Assembly: GCA_964490005.1 (NCBI GenBank)
Contig: CAZBBB010000004.1
Location: forward strand, 888-64,887
Direction of reading: 5' to 3'
DNA: 64,000 nucleotides
Source of the DNA: an uncultured Phycisphaerales bacterium
GTDB lineage: Bacteria > Planctomycetota > B15-G4
Under the pieces are notes generated by a model. That model did no database searches. It was not told the DNA's origin and saw nothing but the letters and a program-made list of their open reading frames with translations. Of the stretch, positions 29,641-42,035 are shown piece by piece. The translations under genes and the position numbers were made by a program. How positions within the stretch are numbered: position 1 is the first letter of the stretch; every line of letters begins with the position of its first letter.

Positions 29641-32486
29641 AGCTGAACCTGCCGCGCCCCGTGCTGTTCGTCGCCATGGTCTCGCTCGGCCTGTTGACCG
29701 TCTGGCTGCTGTCGGACCCGGTCGGCGGGCGCAAGCACGTCGCCATCGGCGAACTCGAGCCGCAGCGCGACCAGGGGCGCGTGCGCATCACCGACAACCA
29801 GCAGGGCCGCGACGTGCAGGTGCTGCTGGGCGAGGTCGAGTTCGACGTCGTGCAGCGCGAGATCGGCGAAGACGGCCAGGTCAGCGAGCGGCCGGTCTAC
29901 AAGGTGCGCATGGTCTCGGGCGGGCCCGACCCGTCGGGCGCGTTTCTCGCCCACCAGCCGGTCATCCGGCTGCTCGACCGCCGCACCGGCGCCGAGCGCG
30001 GCGTGGTGCGCGCCGACAACGCGCGCTTCGAGACCGAGGGCGCCGTCGGCGGCACGGTCACGCTCGACTTCGGCCGCATGCGCGCGCAGAACTTCTCGCT
30101 GCTCGGCAACGTCGAAGGCGACTTCCCGATGGGCGACGGCCTGGCCGCGCACCTGAGCGCGGGCAGCCTCGAGGTCATCGGCCGGGTCGTGACCGGCCCC
30201 GGCTTCGTGACCTGGTCGCGGCCCGACATGGCGCTTTCGGGCTTCGACATGACCTGGGACGGCGAGGCCGGCCGCCTCAACTTCGACTTCGACGCGCACC
30301 TGTTCGTGGCCGCGACCGACGTGCAGCCCTCGCGCGAGTTCCACGCGCCGGGCGGGCTGACCTGGGTCGTGCCCCCCAGCGCGGAGGACGCCTCGCAGGA
30401 ACAGCACGGCGAACTGCGCGGGCGCGTGACGGGGGAGTCGGGCGACGGCACGCGGCTGCAGGCCGACACGCTGCGCTTCCACGGCGCCGGAGGACGGCTG
30501 GTGCTCGACGGCTCCTCGGTGCTCGAGCGCGACGTCGACGGCCGGCTCTCGCGCCTCACCGCGCAGCACATCCGGGTCGATTCGGACGAGCAGGGCCGGC
30601 TCGCGCTCGCGGAGGCCGACGGCGGCGTGCGGCTCGTCATGGCGCCGCTGGCGGTCATGCCGGCGTGGATGGTCACCGAGGAGCTGCGGCTCGAGGGCGA
30701 CGAGGCGCGCGCTCCGGGCCGCGTGACCTGGGCGCGCGACGACCTCGTCGCCACCGGCGTCGACATGACCTGGCAGCGCGCCGAAGGGCAGCTGGTGTTC
30801 GAGCGCGACGCCGAACTCGCCGTGCAGGAAGGCGGCGACCACGCGCTCGCCGGCGTGCGTCTCGTCGCCCCGGGCGGCATGAACTGGACGCTGCCGGAAG
30901 GCGCGTCCGCGATGGACGCGGCGCGCGGCGAGCTGCGCGGCGGCGTGAAGGGCACCGCGCCCGACGGCTCGGAGCTGGCCGGCGAGGTGCTGTTCTTCGA
31001 CGGGCCCGCGCGCACCTTCCGCCTGGAGGGCGACTCCTCCTTCACGCAGCACCGCGCCGAACGCGCCACGCGCATCGACGCCGAGCGCATCACCGTGACG
31101 GCCGGCGAGGACCGCAAGCTCGCGTTCGTCTCGGCCGAGGGACAGGTCCTGGTGCTCACCGGGCCGGTCGACCTGCTGCCGACGCGTCTCGTCACCGACC
31201 GGCTCGAGCGCCGCGACCGGCTCGTGACCTCGCCGGGCGTCGTGACCTGGATGCGCGACGACCTCACCATCGTCGGCACCGGCATGCGCTGGAACGAGCT
31301 GGAGGGGCACCTCGACTTCGAGCGCGACGCGACGCTGCACGTGCTCGACCCGGCCAAGCGCATCGACCTCGAGCTGGCGGCGGAGGGCGGTCTGTCGTGG
31401 AGGATGCCCCCCGAGAGCATCAACGTGCTCGCCGAAGGGCGCGGCGAATTGCGCGGGCGCGTCACCGGCAGCGCCTCGGACGGCTCGCGGCTCGAGACCG
31501 ACCGGCTGCTCGTCGACGGCCCGGCGAACACGCTTCAACTGCTCGGCCCGTCGACCGTCGTCGTGGCGGACGGCGCCGCGCCGACCTCGCTGAGTTCCGA
31601 CGCGCTCACGATCGAGTCGATCGACACGACGCCGCGCATCCGCACCGACCGGCCGGCGAGCTGGGTGCGCGAGGGCCTGCGCGGCCAGGGCACCGGCCTC
31701 GACTGGGATCGCGAGGCGGGCACGCTCGCGCTCGATCGCGACGTCTCGCTGGAGTTCGTCGACGCCGAGGGCCGGCCGCGCTGGACGATGCAGTCGGGCG
31801 GCAGCCTGAACTGGGAGCTGCCGCCCGGCGCCACCGACCTGCTGCGCGAGGGCCGCGGCGAGGCGCACGGCGGCGTCACCGGCACGGGCCCCGACGGCCA
31901 GCGCTTCGCCGCCGAGAGCCTCGTCGTGGGCCGCGAGGAAGGCCTGATGACCCTCTACGGCAGCTCCTCCTTCGAGCGCGGCGGCCAGGGCGAGCTGCTG
32001 CGCGTGGCGGCCCAGCGCCGGCTCGACGTGCGCTCGGGCCAGGACACCACCGCGCGGCACGTCACGGCCGAGGGCGCGGCGACGGGCTGGTTCGCCTCGC
32101 CCGGGGCGCCGACGACGCGCATCGCCGGCGACACGCTCGTCATGGACCGCGACGCCGGCCTGGCGCGCGCGCAGGGCACGGCCAGCTTCGAACGCGACGA
32201 GGACGGCCGGACGTTGAGTCTCACGGCGGCCGATCGCATCATCGTCCACACGGGCCCCGACGACGCGCTGCGACGCGTGGAAGCACGTGGAGACGTGATC
32301 GTGAAGCGCGACTTCGAGGCCCACGGCCAGGAACTCGTCTGGGACGTCTCGGCCGACCAGGCCACGCTCTCGGGTCGCTGCCGTCTGCTGTTCTCGGGCG
32401 CCTGGATGACCGCCGAGCGCGTCGAGCTGCAGCCGCGCGCCGAGACCTTCCGCATCCTCCGCTCGATCCTCAATCTCGATGGCTAG
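29637..32486 (+). CDS. Membrane-anchored periplasmic protein of tandem LptC/LptA (OstA-N-like) repeats
   Basis: ATG overlaps the kdsC stop (ATGA). 949 aa. TM anchor MKLNLPRPVLFVAMVSLGLLTVWLL, then at least four 150-170-aa repeats with the motif GELRG(R/G)V(T/K)G..(S/P)DG(S/T).L.....L...G....L.L.G.S, spaced by TW.RDDL..(T/S)G.DMTW....G.L.FERDA.L. Confidence 0.6.
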   Translation: MKLNLPRPVLFVAMVSLGLLTVWLLSDPVGGRKHVAIGELEPQRDQGRVRITDNQQGRDVQVLLGEVEFDVVQREIGEDGQVSERPVYKVRMVSGGPDPSGAFLAHQPVIRLLDRRTGAERGVVRADNARFETEGAVGGTVTLDFGRMRAQNFSLLGNVEGDFPMGDGLAAHLSAGSLEVIGRVVTGPGFVTWSRPDMALSGFDMTWDGEAGRLNFDFDAHLFVAATDVQPSREFHAPGGLTWVVPPSAEDASQEQHGELRGRVTGESGDGTRLQADTLRFHGAGGRLVLDGSSVLERDVDGRLSRLTAQHIRVDSDEQGRLALAEADGGVRLVMAPLAVMPAWMVTEELRLEGDEARAPGRVTWARDDLVATGVDMTWQRAEGQLVFERDAELAVQEGGDHALAGVRLVAPGGMNWTLPEGASAMDAARGELRGGVKGTAPDGSELAGEVLFFDGPARTFRLEGDSSFTQHRAERATRIDAERITVTAGEDRKLAFVSAEGQVLVLTGPVDLLPTRLVTDRLERRDRLVTSPGVVTWMRDDLTIVGTGMRWNELEGHLDFERDATLHVLDPAKRIDLELAAEGGLSWRMPPESINVLAEGRGELRGRVTGSASDGSRLETDRLLVDGPANTLQLLGPSTVVVADGAAPTSLSSDALTIESIDTTPRIRTDRPASWVREGLRGQGTGLDWDREAGTLALDRDVSLEFVDAEGRPRWTMQSGGSLNWELPPGATDLLREGRGEAHGGVTGTGPDGQRFAAESLVVGREEGLMTLYGSSSFERGGQGELLRVAAQRRLDVRSGQDTTARHVTAEGAATGWFASPGAPTTRIAGDTLVMDRDAGLARAQGTASFERDEDGRTLSLTAADRIIVHTGPDDALRRVEARGDVIVKRDFEAHGQELVWDVSADQATLSGRCRLLFSGAWMTAERVELQPRAETFRILRSILNLDG
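30300..32100 (+). repeat. Intragenic tandem protein-coding repeats (4-5 copies of about 450-500 nt)
   Basis: Repeated peptide blocks seen in the translation: EQHGELRGRVTGESGDGTRLQADTL; ARGELRGGVKGTAPDGSELAGEVL; GRGELRGRVTGSASDGSRLETDRL; GRGEAHGGVTGTGPDGQRFAAESL. Confidence 0.5.
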
Positions 32487-34734
32487 CCGACGCGCACTGG
32501 GCGCCCTGCTCGTGCTGCTGCTCGGCGCCGCGGCCGCGCGGGCGCAGCAGCCGGCCGGCGAACCGGTCGAGATCCGCCCCGGCGGGCCGCAGTACGGCTT
32601 CCGCGACGGCGAGGAGTTCGTCTGGGTGTTCCTCGGCGGCGTCGAGGTGCTGCAGGCCGGCCGGCGCATCCAGGGCGACACGCTCGTGGCGGTGCTCGCC
32701 GCCGACGGCGCGGCGCCCGCCCCCCCCGCCCCGGACGCCAGCGCGCCGATGCTCGTCGGCCACGACCGGCTGCTCGAGCTGTTCTTCGACGGCCACGTGA
32801 GCGTCGAAGAGGGTGACGAGTCGATCTCCAACGCCTCCACCTACCACCTCGACAACCGCACGGGCGTCGCGACGGTGATCGAGGGCGAGCTGCGTTCGTC
32901 GGTCAAGGGGCGCGCGCCGCTCGTCGTGCGCTACGCCATGCTGCGCAAACTGCAGGACGGCACCTCCGAGATGGAGGACCTGACCTACACGACCTGCACG
33001 TACGACAACGCGCACTGGCACATCAAGACGCCCTGGGCGCGCATCGACCCGACGCCGGAGGGCGACATCCTCACGACCGGCGAGAACACCGTGCGGGTCG
33101 GCGGCGCCTCGGTGATGTGGTGGCCGGGCTACGACGTCAACCTCTCGGACGACGACATCCTGCTGCGGCGCCTGCGACTCGGCAGCAGTTCGCGCTTCGG
33201 GACCGAGATCCGCACCGAGTGGGGCGGCAACGCGTCGGAGTTCGCGACCGGGCTCGCGGGCCTGTTCGGGCACGAGGGGCGCGTGAGCGCCAAGTGGGAG
33301 ACCGAGGCCAGCTGGCTCAGTGACCGCGGCTTCTTCTTCGCGCCCGAGCTCAAGTACCACACCGAACACACGCGCGGCCGGCTGCTCGGCGCCTTCATCG
33401 ACGACCAGTCCTCGACCGACGCGCTCGACGTGCCGGTCACCGACAGCTCGCGCGGTCGCATCGACCTCGAGCACCGCACGCGGATCGACGACCGGCGGAC
33501 CCTCGACATCGAGGTCTCGCGCGAGAGCGACTTCAACTTCCTCAAGGAGTACTACGAGAACGAGTACCGCAACGACAAGCCGCAGGAGACCTACGTCTCG
33601 TTCCGCGACGTCGTCGACAACCACGCCAGGACGGCGCTCGTCAGCACGCGCCTCAACGACTTCCAGACGCAGGTCGAGTACCAGCCGCAGCTCGAGGCGC
33701 GCCAGGTCGGCGAGCCGCTGCCCTGGGGCGGCTTCCTGACGGCGCGCGAGTTCATCAGCAACGCGCGCCTGCTGCCCGACGACAGCACCGGCGCCCCCAG
33801 CGCCCGCACGCTGCGCGTCGGCGCGAGCGCCGAGGCCGCCTGGCCGATCGACCTGCAGAACGGCGACCGCATCACGGTGACGGCCGGCGGCGACCTGACC
33901 GGCTTCGACGACACGCTCGCCGACGGCTCGGAGCTGCGCCGCGCGGCCAGCGGCGCCGTCGAGTGGCGCCGCACCTACAGCGGCACGAGCGATGCGCGGA
34001 GCGAGACCTGGAACATCGACGGGCTGCGCCGGATCGTCGAGCCGCGTGTCGGGTACACCAACCGCTTCGAGGTCTCGCACGCCCCCGCCGAGCTGTTCGC
34101 GATCGATTCGGTCGAGACGCTGGCCGAGACCGAGGCGATCACGGTCGGCCTGCGCGACCGCATCCAGACGCACCAGGGCGGCCGCGTCGTGACGCTGCTC
34201 GACACCGACATCGAGCTGCCCTTCTTCCCGCACGCCTCGCGCGACAACGGCGACGACAACTACGGTCCGCTGATGCTCGACACCGTCTGGCGCCCGGGCG
34301 CGAACATCACGGGCCTGTCCGACGCGACGTTCCGCTGGCGGCTCGACTTCGACATCGAGGACCAGCACTACGTCGAGTCCTTCGCCTCCTTCTCCACGAT
34401 GATCGCCGAGGGCCGGCGCCTGTTCATCGGCAGTGCCAAGACCTTCCACGTGCAGAACTACATGACCTACGGCCTCGAGTGGCTGCTCAACAAGCGCTGG
34501 TCGGTGGCGCTCGTCTTCCAGGAGGACGAGCTGACGAACCAGACCGCGCGCAGCGGCATCATCCTGAGGCAGCTGGCGCACTGCTGGATCATCGACTACG
34601 AGATCAGCTCGCGGCGCGGCACGAGCACCGCCGGCAGCAACGAGGACGAAGTGCGCTTCACGCTGCACTTCCAGCCCATCACGGCGGATCCGGGAGCCGA
34701 GCTGGCCGACGTGCTCGGCGGCTCGATCTTCTGA
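32479..34734 (+). CDS. lptD: LPS-assembly outer membrane protein LptD
   Basis: 751 aa. Signal peptide (ALGALLVLLLGAAAARAQQ), an N-terminal OstA-like domain and a large C-terminal beta-barrel region. Overlaps the upstream gene by 8 nt. Confidence 0.8.
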   Translation: MASRRALGALLVLLLGAAAARAQQPAGEPVEIRPGGPQYGFRDGEEFVWVFLGGVEVLQAGRRIQGDTLVAVLAADGAAPAPPAPDASAPMLVGHDRLLELFFDGHVSVEEGDESISNASTYHLDNRTGVATVIEGELRSSVKGRAPLVVRYAMLRKLQDGTSEMEDLTYTTCTYDNAHWHIKTPWARIDPTPEGDILTTGENTVRVGGASVMWWPGYDVNLSDDDILLRRLRLGSSSRFGTEIRTEWGGNASEFATGLAGLFGHEGRVSAKWETEASWLSDRGFFFAPELKYHTEHTRGRLLGAFIDDQSSTDALDVPVTDSSRGRIDLEHRTRIDDRRTLDIEVSRESDFNFLKEYYENEYRNDKPQETYVSFRDVVDNHARTALVSTRLNDFQTQVEYQPQLEARQVGEPLPWGGFLTAREFISNARLLPDDSTGAPSARTLRVGASAEAAWPIDLQNGDRITVTAGGDLTGFDDTLADGSELRRAASGAVEWRRTYSGTSDARSETWNIDGLRRIVEPRVGYTNRFEVSHAPAELFAIDSVETLAETEAITVGLRDRIQTHQGGRVVTLLDTDIELPFFPHASRDNGDDNYGPLMLDTVWRPGANITGLSDATFRWRLDFDIEDQHYVESFASFSTMIAEGRRLFIGSAKTFHVQNYMTYGLEWLLNKRWSVALVFQEDELTNQTARSGIILRQLAHCWIIDYEISSRRGTSTAGSNEDEVRFTLHFQPITADPGAELADVLGGSIF

Positions 34735-34735
34735 C

Positions 34736-35056
34736 GTGCTCGGGCTGCTGGACATCGGCCCGATCGAGTTTCTGATCCTCGTCGGGGCCGCGGTGATGCT
34801 CTTCGGGGGCGACCTGCCCGACGTCGCGCGGCGCGCGGGCCGGGCCGTGGCCCGCCTGCGCGAGGTGGCGTCGGAGTTCACGCGCTCCATCGATGCGCCG
34901 AGCGAACTGCGGCGTCCGCCCGAACTCGATCTGCACCACGAACCTTTCGCGCCCCCGTCCGAGGCGCCGACGGCGCCGCAGCGCGACGCGGAAGACCCTC
35001 CGCCTCCGGCCGCCGAGGACGCGCCGGGCGTCGAGCGCCCCGCGCCCCCCGCCTGA
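34736..35056 (+). CDS. tatA: Sec-independent translocase TatA/TatB family protein
   Basis: 106 aa. LLDIGPIEFLILVGAAVMLFGGDLPDVARRAGRAVARLRE matches the TatA/B TM plus amphipathic-helix signature. Pro/Ala-rich tail. Confidence 0.6.
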   Translation: MLGLLDIGPIEFLILVGAAVMLFGGDLPDVARRAGRAVARLREVASEFTRSIDAPSELRRPPELDLHHEPFAPPSEAPTAPQRDAEDPPPPAAEDAPGVERPAPPA

Positions 35057-35087
35057 GCCGGCGCCGCGCGCGGCGCGGCCGCGACGC

Positions 35088-37777
<2,690 letters not shown>

Positions 37778-37796
37778 GGGCGACGTCCCTCCCCGC

Positions 37797-38903
37797 TCAG
37801 GACGTGATCGGCATGACGACGTAGATCGAGTCGCCGCTTCCGCGGAACACGCCCGCCGAGGCGCGGTTCTTGAACGCGAAGTCGACCTGGTCCTCCGACA
37901 CCGTCTTGAGGTAGTCGCCGAGGAACTCGGGATTGAAGCGGATCTTGACCTCCTCGCCGTCGTACTCGACGCCGATCTCGCTGCGGCACTCGCCCAGACC
38001 GTCCTGCCGCGAACAGACCGCGAGCCGACCGGCACTGAATTGCAGTTCGACGGCGCGCGCTTCCTCGCCCGCCGTCACCGCCGCGCGCGAGATCGCCTCG
38101 ACGAATGCCGACCTGCCGATCGCGGCGCGGCAGGGCGTGTCGCTCTCCTTGGGCAGCACGGCGCGATAGTCGGGGAACTCGCCCTCCACGAGCAGGACGA
38201 TCACTTCCGTCTCGGCCAGACCGAAACCGATCTGGTTGTCGCGGACGTCGATCGTCAACTCGCCCGAGGCGTCGCTTGCGGCGCGGCGCAATTGGTCGAG
38301 GCCGCGCACCGGAACGATGGACGAGCAGGTCTCCGTCAGTCCCGTGCTGCAGCGCATCGAGGCGCGGGCCAGCCGCCGACCGTCGGTGGAGACGATCACG
38401 ATCTCTTCCGGGCCCAGTTCGAGCAGCACGCCGTGGAACGCGTAGCGCCCCATGTCGCGCGCGGCGGCGAAGGATGCGCGGTCGCACAGGTCGAGGAAGG
38501 CCGCGAGGGGCACGCGCACCGAAGCCTTCCCGCCGGCATCGAGCCCGGGAATCGCGGGAAACAAGTCCGCATCCTCCCCGTGCAGCTTGAAGGTGGTCGA
38601 CTCGCCCGAGATCTCGTGCAGGTTGCCCGACTCGCGGATGCTGAGTTCGGCGCTCGGCAGTGCGCGCACGGCGGACAGCAGCGTGGCGGCCGGCAGGGCG
38701 ACCCGCCCCGAGCCCGAGAGGCCTTCGACGTTGAGCCTGGTGCGGCAGGAGACCTCGCCATCGGTGGCGAGCAGGCGCACGCCGCCGTCATCGACCTCGA
38801 GCAGGACGTCCTGGAAGATCGGTCGGGGGCTTCGATTGGGTGCGAAGGAGGCTGCCAATTGCAGGCGCTGGAGGAAGGCTTCGCGGGGAGTATTCAGTTG
38901 CAT
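37797..38903 (-). CDS. dnaN: DNA polymerase III beta sliding clamp
   Basis: 368 aa with a three-domain clamp pattern (LLEVDDGGVRLLATDGEVS...; NPEFLGDYLK). Confidence 0.9.
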   Translation of the reverse strand: MQLNTPREAFLQRLQLAASFAPNRSPRPIFQDVLLEVDDGGVRLLATDGEVSCRTRLNVEGLSGSGRVALPAATLLSAVRALPSAELSIRESGNLHEISGESTTFKLHGEDADLFPAIPGLDAGGKASVRVPLAAFLDLCDRASFAAARDMGRYAFHGVLLELGPEEIVIVSTDGRRLARASMRCSTGLTETCSSIVPVRGLDQLRRAASDASGELTIDVRDNQIGFGLAETEVIVLLVEGEFPDYRAVLPKESDTPCRAAIGRSAFVEAISRAAVTAGEEARAVELQFSAGRLAVCSRQDGLGECRSEIGVEYDGEEVKIRFNPEFLGDYLKTVSEDQVDFAFKNRASAGVFRGSGDSIYVVMPITS

Positions 38904-39243
38904 GGAGGCGTCCTGCGGAACAGAGCAATCTTAATGAAATTCAGGTCTTCATCAGAAGAGCGAACGGATTGCGGATGGGCGGAGGAATGCATCACGCAAA
39001 GCGTTGCGGTGGAGGGGTTTATGGTATCGCAAAGACTGTTGATGAAGCTCGCGGAGAAGCGTGCGGAACGGTGCATGGCGACCGGTCGCTCGAGGGGAGC
39101 TGCCAAGCCGTCGCGCGGGTGCTGTGGAGGCTGCCCCGCCGGAGACCCTGGCCCTCCCGGGGATCTCCACAAGCGCGGCCGGGAATTCCGTCGAACCGCT
39201 TGGGGGCGACCCCGGCGCGCGACCCCACGCGTGCCGTTCGCAT
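38904..39243. promoter_or_regulatory. dnaA-dnaN intergenic region, candidate oriC / dnaN promoter
   Basis: 340-nt non-coding gap, locally AT-richer (38915-39060). DnaA-box-like 9-mers ATCTCCACA (about 39163) and TGTGGAGGC (about 39123). Confidence 0.3.
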
Positions 39244-40617
39244 TCATCGCTGGATGCGCGACTCGAGGTCATGAACGAGCTGCGAAAAGGGGCGATCGGC
39301 GTCGATGCGCTGCTTGACGCGATCGATCGCGTAGAGCACGGTCGAGTGGTCGCGCCCGCCGAAGTGCCCGCCGATCTCCTCGAGGGACAGCGCGGTCAGC
39401 CGGCGCGCGAGGAACATCGCGGTCTGGCGCGGCAACGTGACGGACTGCGTCCGGCGGCGCCCCTGCAGGTCGGCCACGCGCACGTCGAAGTGCTTGCAGA
39501 CGGCCTCCAGGATGCGCTCGATGCCGGTCAGCGGGCGCAGCGAGCCCCCGGGCGGACCGCCGAGCGCTTCGTGCGCCAGGTTCGCGTCGATCTCCCGATG
39601 GATGAGCTGGCTGTAGCCGATCACCTTGTTGATCGCCCCCTCGAGCTCGCGGATGTTCGTGTCGACGCGTTCGGCCAGCACGCCGAGGACGTCCTCGGGC
39701 ACGGCGACGCGGCGATCCTTCGCCTTGCGACGCAGGATGGCGACGCGCGTTTCGTAGCCCGGCGCGCCGATTTCGGCCTCCATGCCCCACTTGAAGCGGC
39801 TGACGAGCCGCTCCTTGAGCGAGGGGATGTCCTCGGGAGGGCTGTCGCTCGAGAGGACGATCTGGCGGCCGGAGTTGTAGAGCGCGTTGAAGGTGTGAAA
39901 GAACTCCTCCTGCGTCCGCTCCTTGTTCGCGAGCAGGTGGATGTCGTCGACGAGCAGGATGTCGACGTTGCGGTAGCGGTAGCGGAAGCGGTCGAGGTCG
40001 CGCTGCTCGATCGCGCCGATGAACTGGTTGATGAACGTCTCGGCCGACAGATACAGGATGTTCACCGCGTTGCCCGAGCGCATGGCCTGATGGCAGATGG
40101 CCTGCAGCAGGTGGGTCTTGCCGAGGCCGACGCGTCCGTGGAGGAAGAGCGGGTTGTACGAGGCGGCCGGGGCGTCGGCGACGGCGCGCGCGGCGGCGTG
40201 CGCGAGACGGTTGTTCGGGCCGACGACGAATTCGTCGAAGACGTATTTCTCGTTGAGCACGACGTCGGAGTGGTTGGCGAAGAAGTCGCGGTTCGTGTTC
40301 GCGGGCGCCGGGCCGGGAGCCGGCGCGGCCGTCGGCGGCGCCGGCCCGGCCGTGTCGGCGACGGAGCAGCGGAGCGGGGCATCGACGCCGAGCACGTCGC
40401 GCACGGCGGCCTTCAGCACGTCGCCGTAGTAGGCCGTGATCCAGTCGCGGATGAAGGGGTTGGCCACCGTCACGTGCACGCCCGCCTCGTCGGCGGAGAT
40501 CAGCGCGAGCGACGAGAACCACAGGTCGAACTGCTGCTTGCTGACGAGCCGGCGGATCGCCTCGACCAGGGCCGGCTGGCGCGGGGAGGGTTCGACGGCG
40601 GTCACTTCCTGCTGCAC
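39244..40617 (-). CDS. dnaA: Chromosomal replication initiator protein
   Basis: 457 aa. AAA+ motifs (GRVGLGKTHLL; ILLVDDIHLL) and the C-terminal DNA-binding domain (TLPRQTAMFLARRLT). Confidence 0.95.
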   Translation of the reverse strand: MQQEVTAVEPSPRQPALVEAIRRLVSKQQFDLWFSSLALISADEAGVHVTVANPFIRDWITAYYGDVLKAAVRDVLGVDAPLRCSVADTAGPAPPTAAPAPGPAPANTNRDFFANHSDVVLNEKYVFDEFVVGPNNRLAHAAARAVADAPAASYNPLFLHGRVGLGKTHLLQAICHQAMRSGNAVNILYLSAETFINQFIGAIEQRDLDRFRYRYRNVDILLVDDIHLLANKERTQEEFFHTFNALYNSGRQIVLSSDSPPEDIPSLKERLVSRFKWGMEAEIGAPGYETRVAILRRKAKDRRVAVPEDVLGVLAERVDTNIRELEGAINKVIGYSQLIHREIDANLAHEALGGPPGGSLRPLTGIERILEAVCKHFDVRVADLQGRRRTQSVTLPRQTAMFLARRLTALSLEEIGGHFGGRDHSTVLYAIDRVKQRIDADRPFSQLVHDLESRIQR

Positions 40618-40907
40618 GGCGATGCTCCTGCAAACGCGTTGGGCCTCGGGCGCAACGCACGGCCAGCGACGGAACGGAACTCGCCCCGACGCGCACTCTC
40701 CCGGTTGATCGCGCCCGGCTGTTGCCCGGTGCCGCTTCGCTCACAACGACTCGCCGAGTCCGCCACAGCCGCGTTCCCGCCGCGAGCCCGCGAAGCACGC
40801 ACGCCATCCGATCGCGAGCGTGACACTATGAGCGTTTTCACGTGCCTGTCAACGACGGCACCGCGTGCGCGCGTCGGCGCGACGCGGGACGAAGTGTTCG
40901 GATTCGA

Positions 40908-42035
40908 TCAGCGCGCGCGGACGGCGACGTCGCGCAGCGCGGTGGCGAGGCGCTCGGCGAACGCGGCGATGTCGGCGTCGGTGTTGCTCGGGCCGACGCT
41001 GATGCGCAGCGCGCCCTCGGCGCGCTCTGCGGGCCCACCGAGCGCGGCGATCACGGCCGAAGGTCGTTGCGAGCCCGACATGCACGCCGAACCGTGCGAC
41101 GCGCTCACGCCCAGCAGGTCGAGGCGCTGCACGAGCACGCTGCCACGGCGCCCGGGAAACGAGACGTTGAGCGTGTTCGAAAGGACGCGATCGACGGGAG
41201 AGTTCACCACCAGATGGGGCTCGACGTCGGTCATGGCCTCGAGCAGCCGAGCGGTCCAACCCGACCAGCGCGGTTGCGCGGCGGGGAGTTCCCTCAGCGC
41301 CGTCTCGGCGGCGGCGGCGAAGGCGTACGCCAGGGCGGCGGCCTCGGTTCCGGGCCGCAGCCCGCCCTCCTGGCCGCCCGCGGATCCGCCGCGCGCGGGC
41401 GACGCGAGCGAGCGACGCACGATGAGCGCGCCGATGCCGACGGGTCCACCCAGCTTGTGGGCCGAGAGGGTCATCAAGTCGGCGCCCGACGCGCGGAAGG
41501 ACAGCGGCTCCTTGCCGAACGCCTGGCTCGCATCGACGTGGAACAGGGCGTCCGCGCGCGCGGCGGCGGCGGCGAGCGAGGGCAGGTCCTGAAGCGTGCC
41601 GAGCTCGTGGTTGGCGGCCGCGACGCTCACCAAGGCAGCGCGCGTGGAGCTTGGCGCGGCGATCGAAGCGGGATCGACGCGTCCCCATGAATCGATCGCA
41701 AGAGCGAGGGGGCGACCGGTGCGCAGAACCGCCGCGAGGACCGAGGGGTGCTCGATGGGTGCGCAGGCGGCCGCGCCTCCGGGCGGAGTGAACGCGAGGG
41801 CGATCGCGTTGCTCTCGGTTCCGCCGGACGTGAAGACCAGTTCGTCGCGCTCGCAGTCGATGCAGCGCGCCAGGCGCTCGCGGGCCTCCTCGAGCCAGCG
41901 ACGCGCGCGTCGGCCGTCGGCGTGCGCGCTCGAGGGGTTGCCTGCGAGGCCCTCCTCGAAGCACTGCCACAGGCTCGACCGCGCCTCGGGGCGCAGCGGG
42001 CAGGTCGCGTTGTGGTCGAGATACAGGCGCTTCAT
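40908..42035 (-). CDS. Cysteine desulfurase (class V aminotransferase, NifS/IscS-like)
   Basis: 375 aa. FTSGGTESN, PLP-lysine SAHKLGGPVG and active-site SGSACMS. Confidence 0.8.
   Translation of the reverse strand: MKRLYLDHNATCPLRPEARSSLWQCFEEGLAGNPSSAHADGRRARRWLEEARERLARCIDCERDELVFTSGGTESNAIALAFTPPGGAAACAPIEHPSVLAAVLRTGRPLALAIDSWGRVDPASIAAPSSTRAALVSVAAANHELGTLQDLPSLAAAAARADALFHVDASQAFGKEPLSFRASGADLMTLSAHKLGGPVGIGALIVRRSLASPARGGSAGGQEGGLRPGTEAAALAYAFAAAAETALRELPAAQPRWSGWTARLLEAMTDVEPHLVVNSPVDRVLSNTLNVSFPGRRGSVLVQRLDLLGVSASHGSACMSGSQRPSAVIAALGGPAERAEGALRISVGPSNTDADIAAFAERLATALRDVAVRAR

Noticed and set aside
29409-32840. ORFs 29409..32840 minus (1143 aa) and 29504..32800 plus (1098 aa)
   Set aside because: These are alternate frames across the LptC/A-repeat gene and lptD. 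The retained frame shows a signal anchor, periodic repeats and LptD beta-barrel features.
40618-40907. oriC upstream of dnaA
   Set aside because: The region is GC-rich and contains only weak DnaA-box-like 9-mers. The dnaA-dnaN spacer is the better candidate, so this region was not called.
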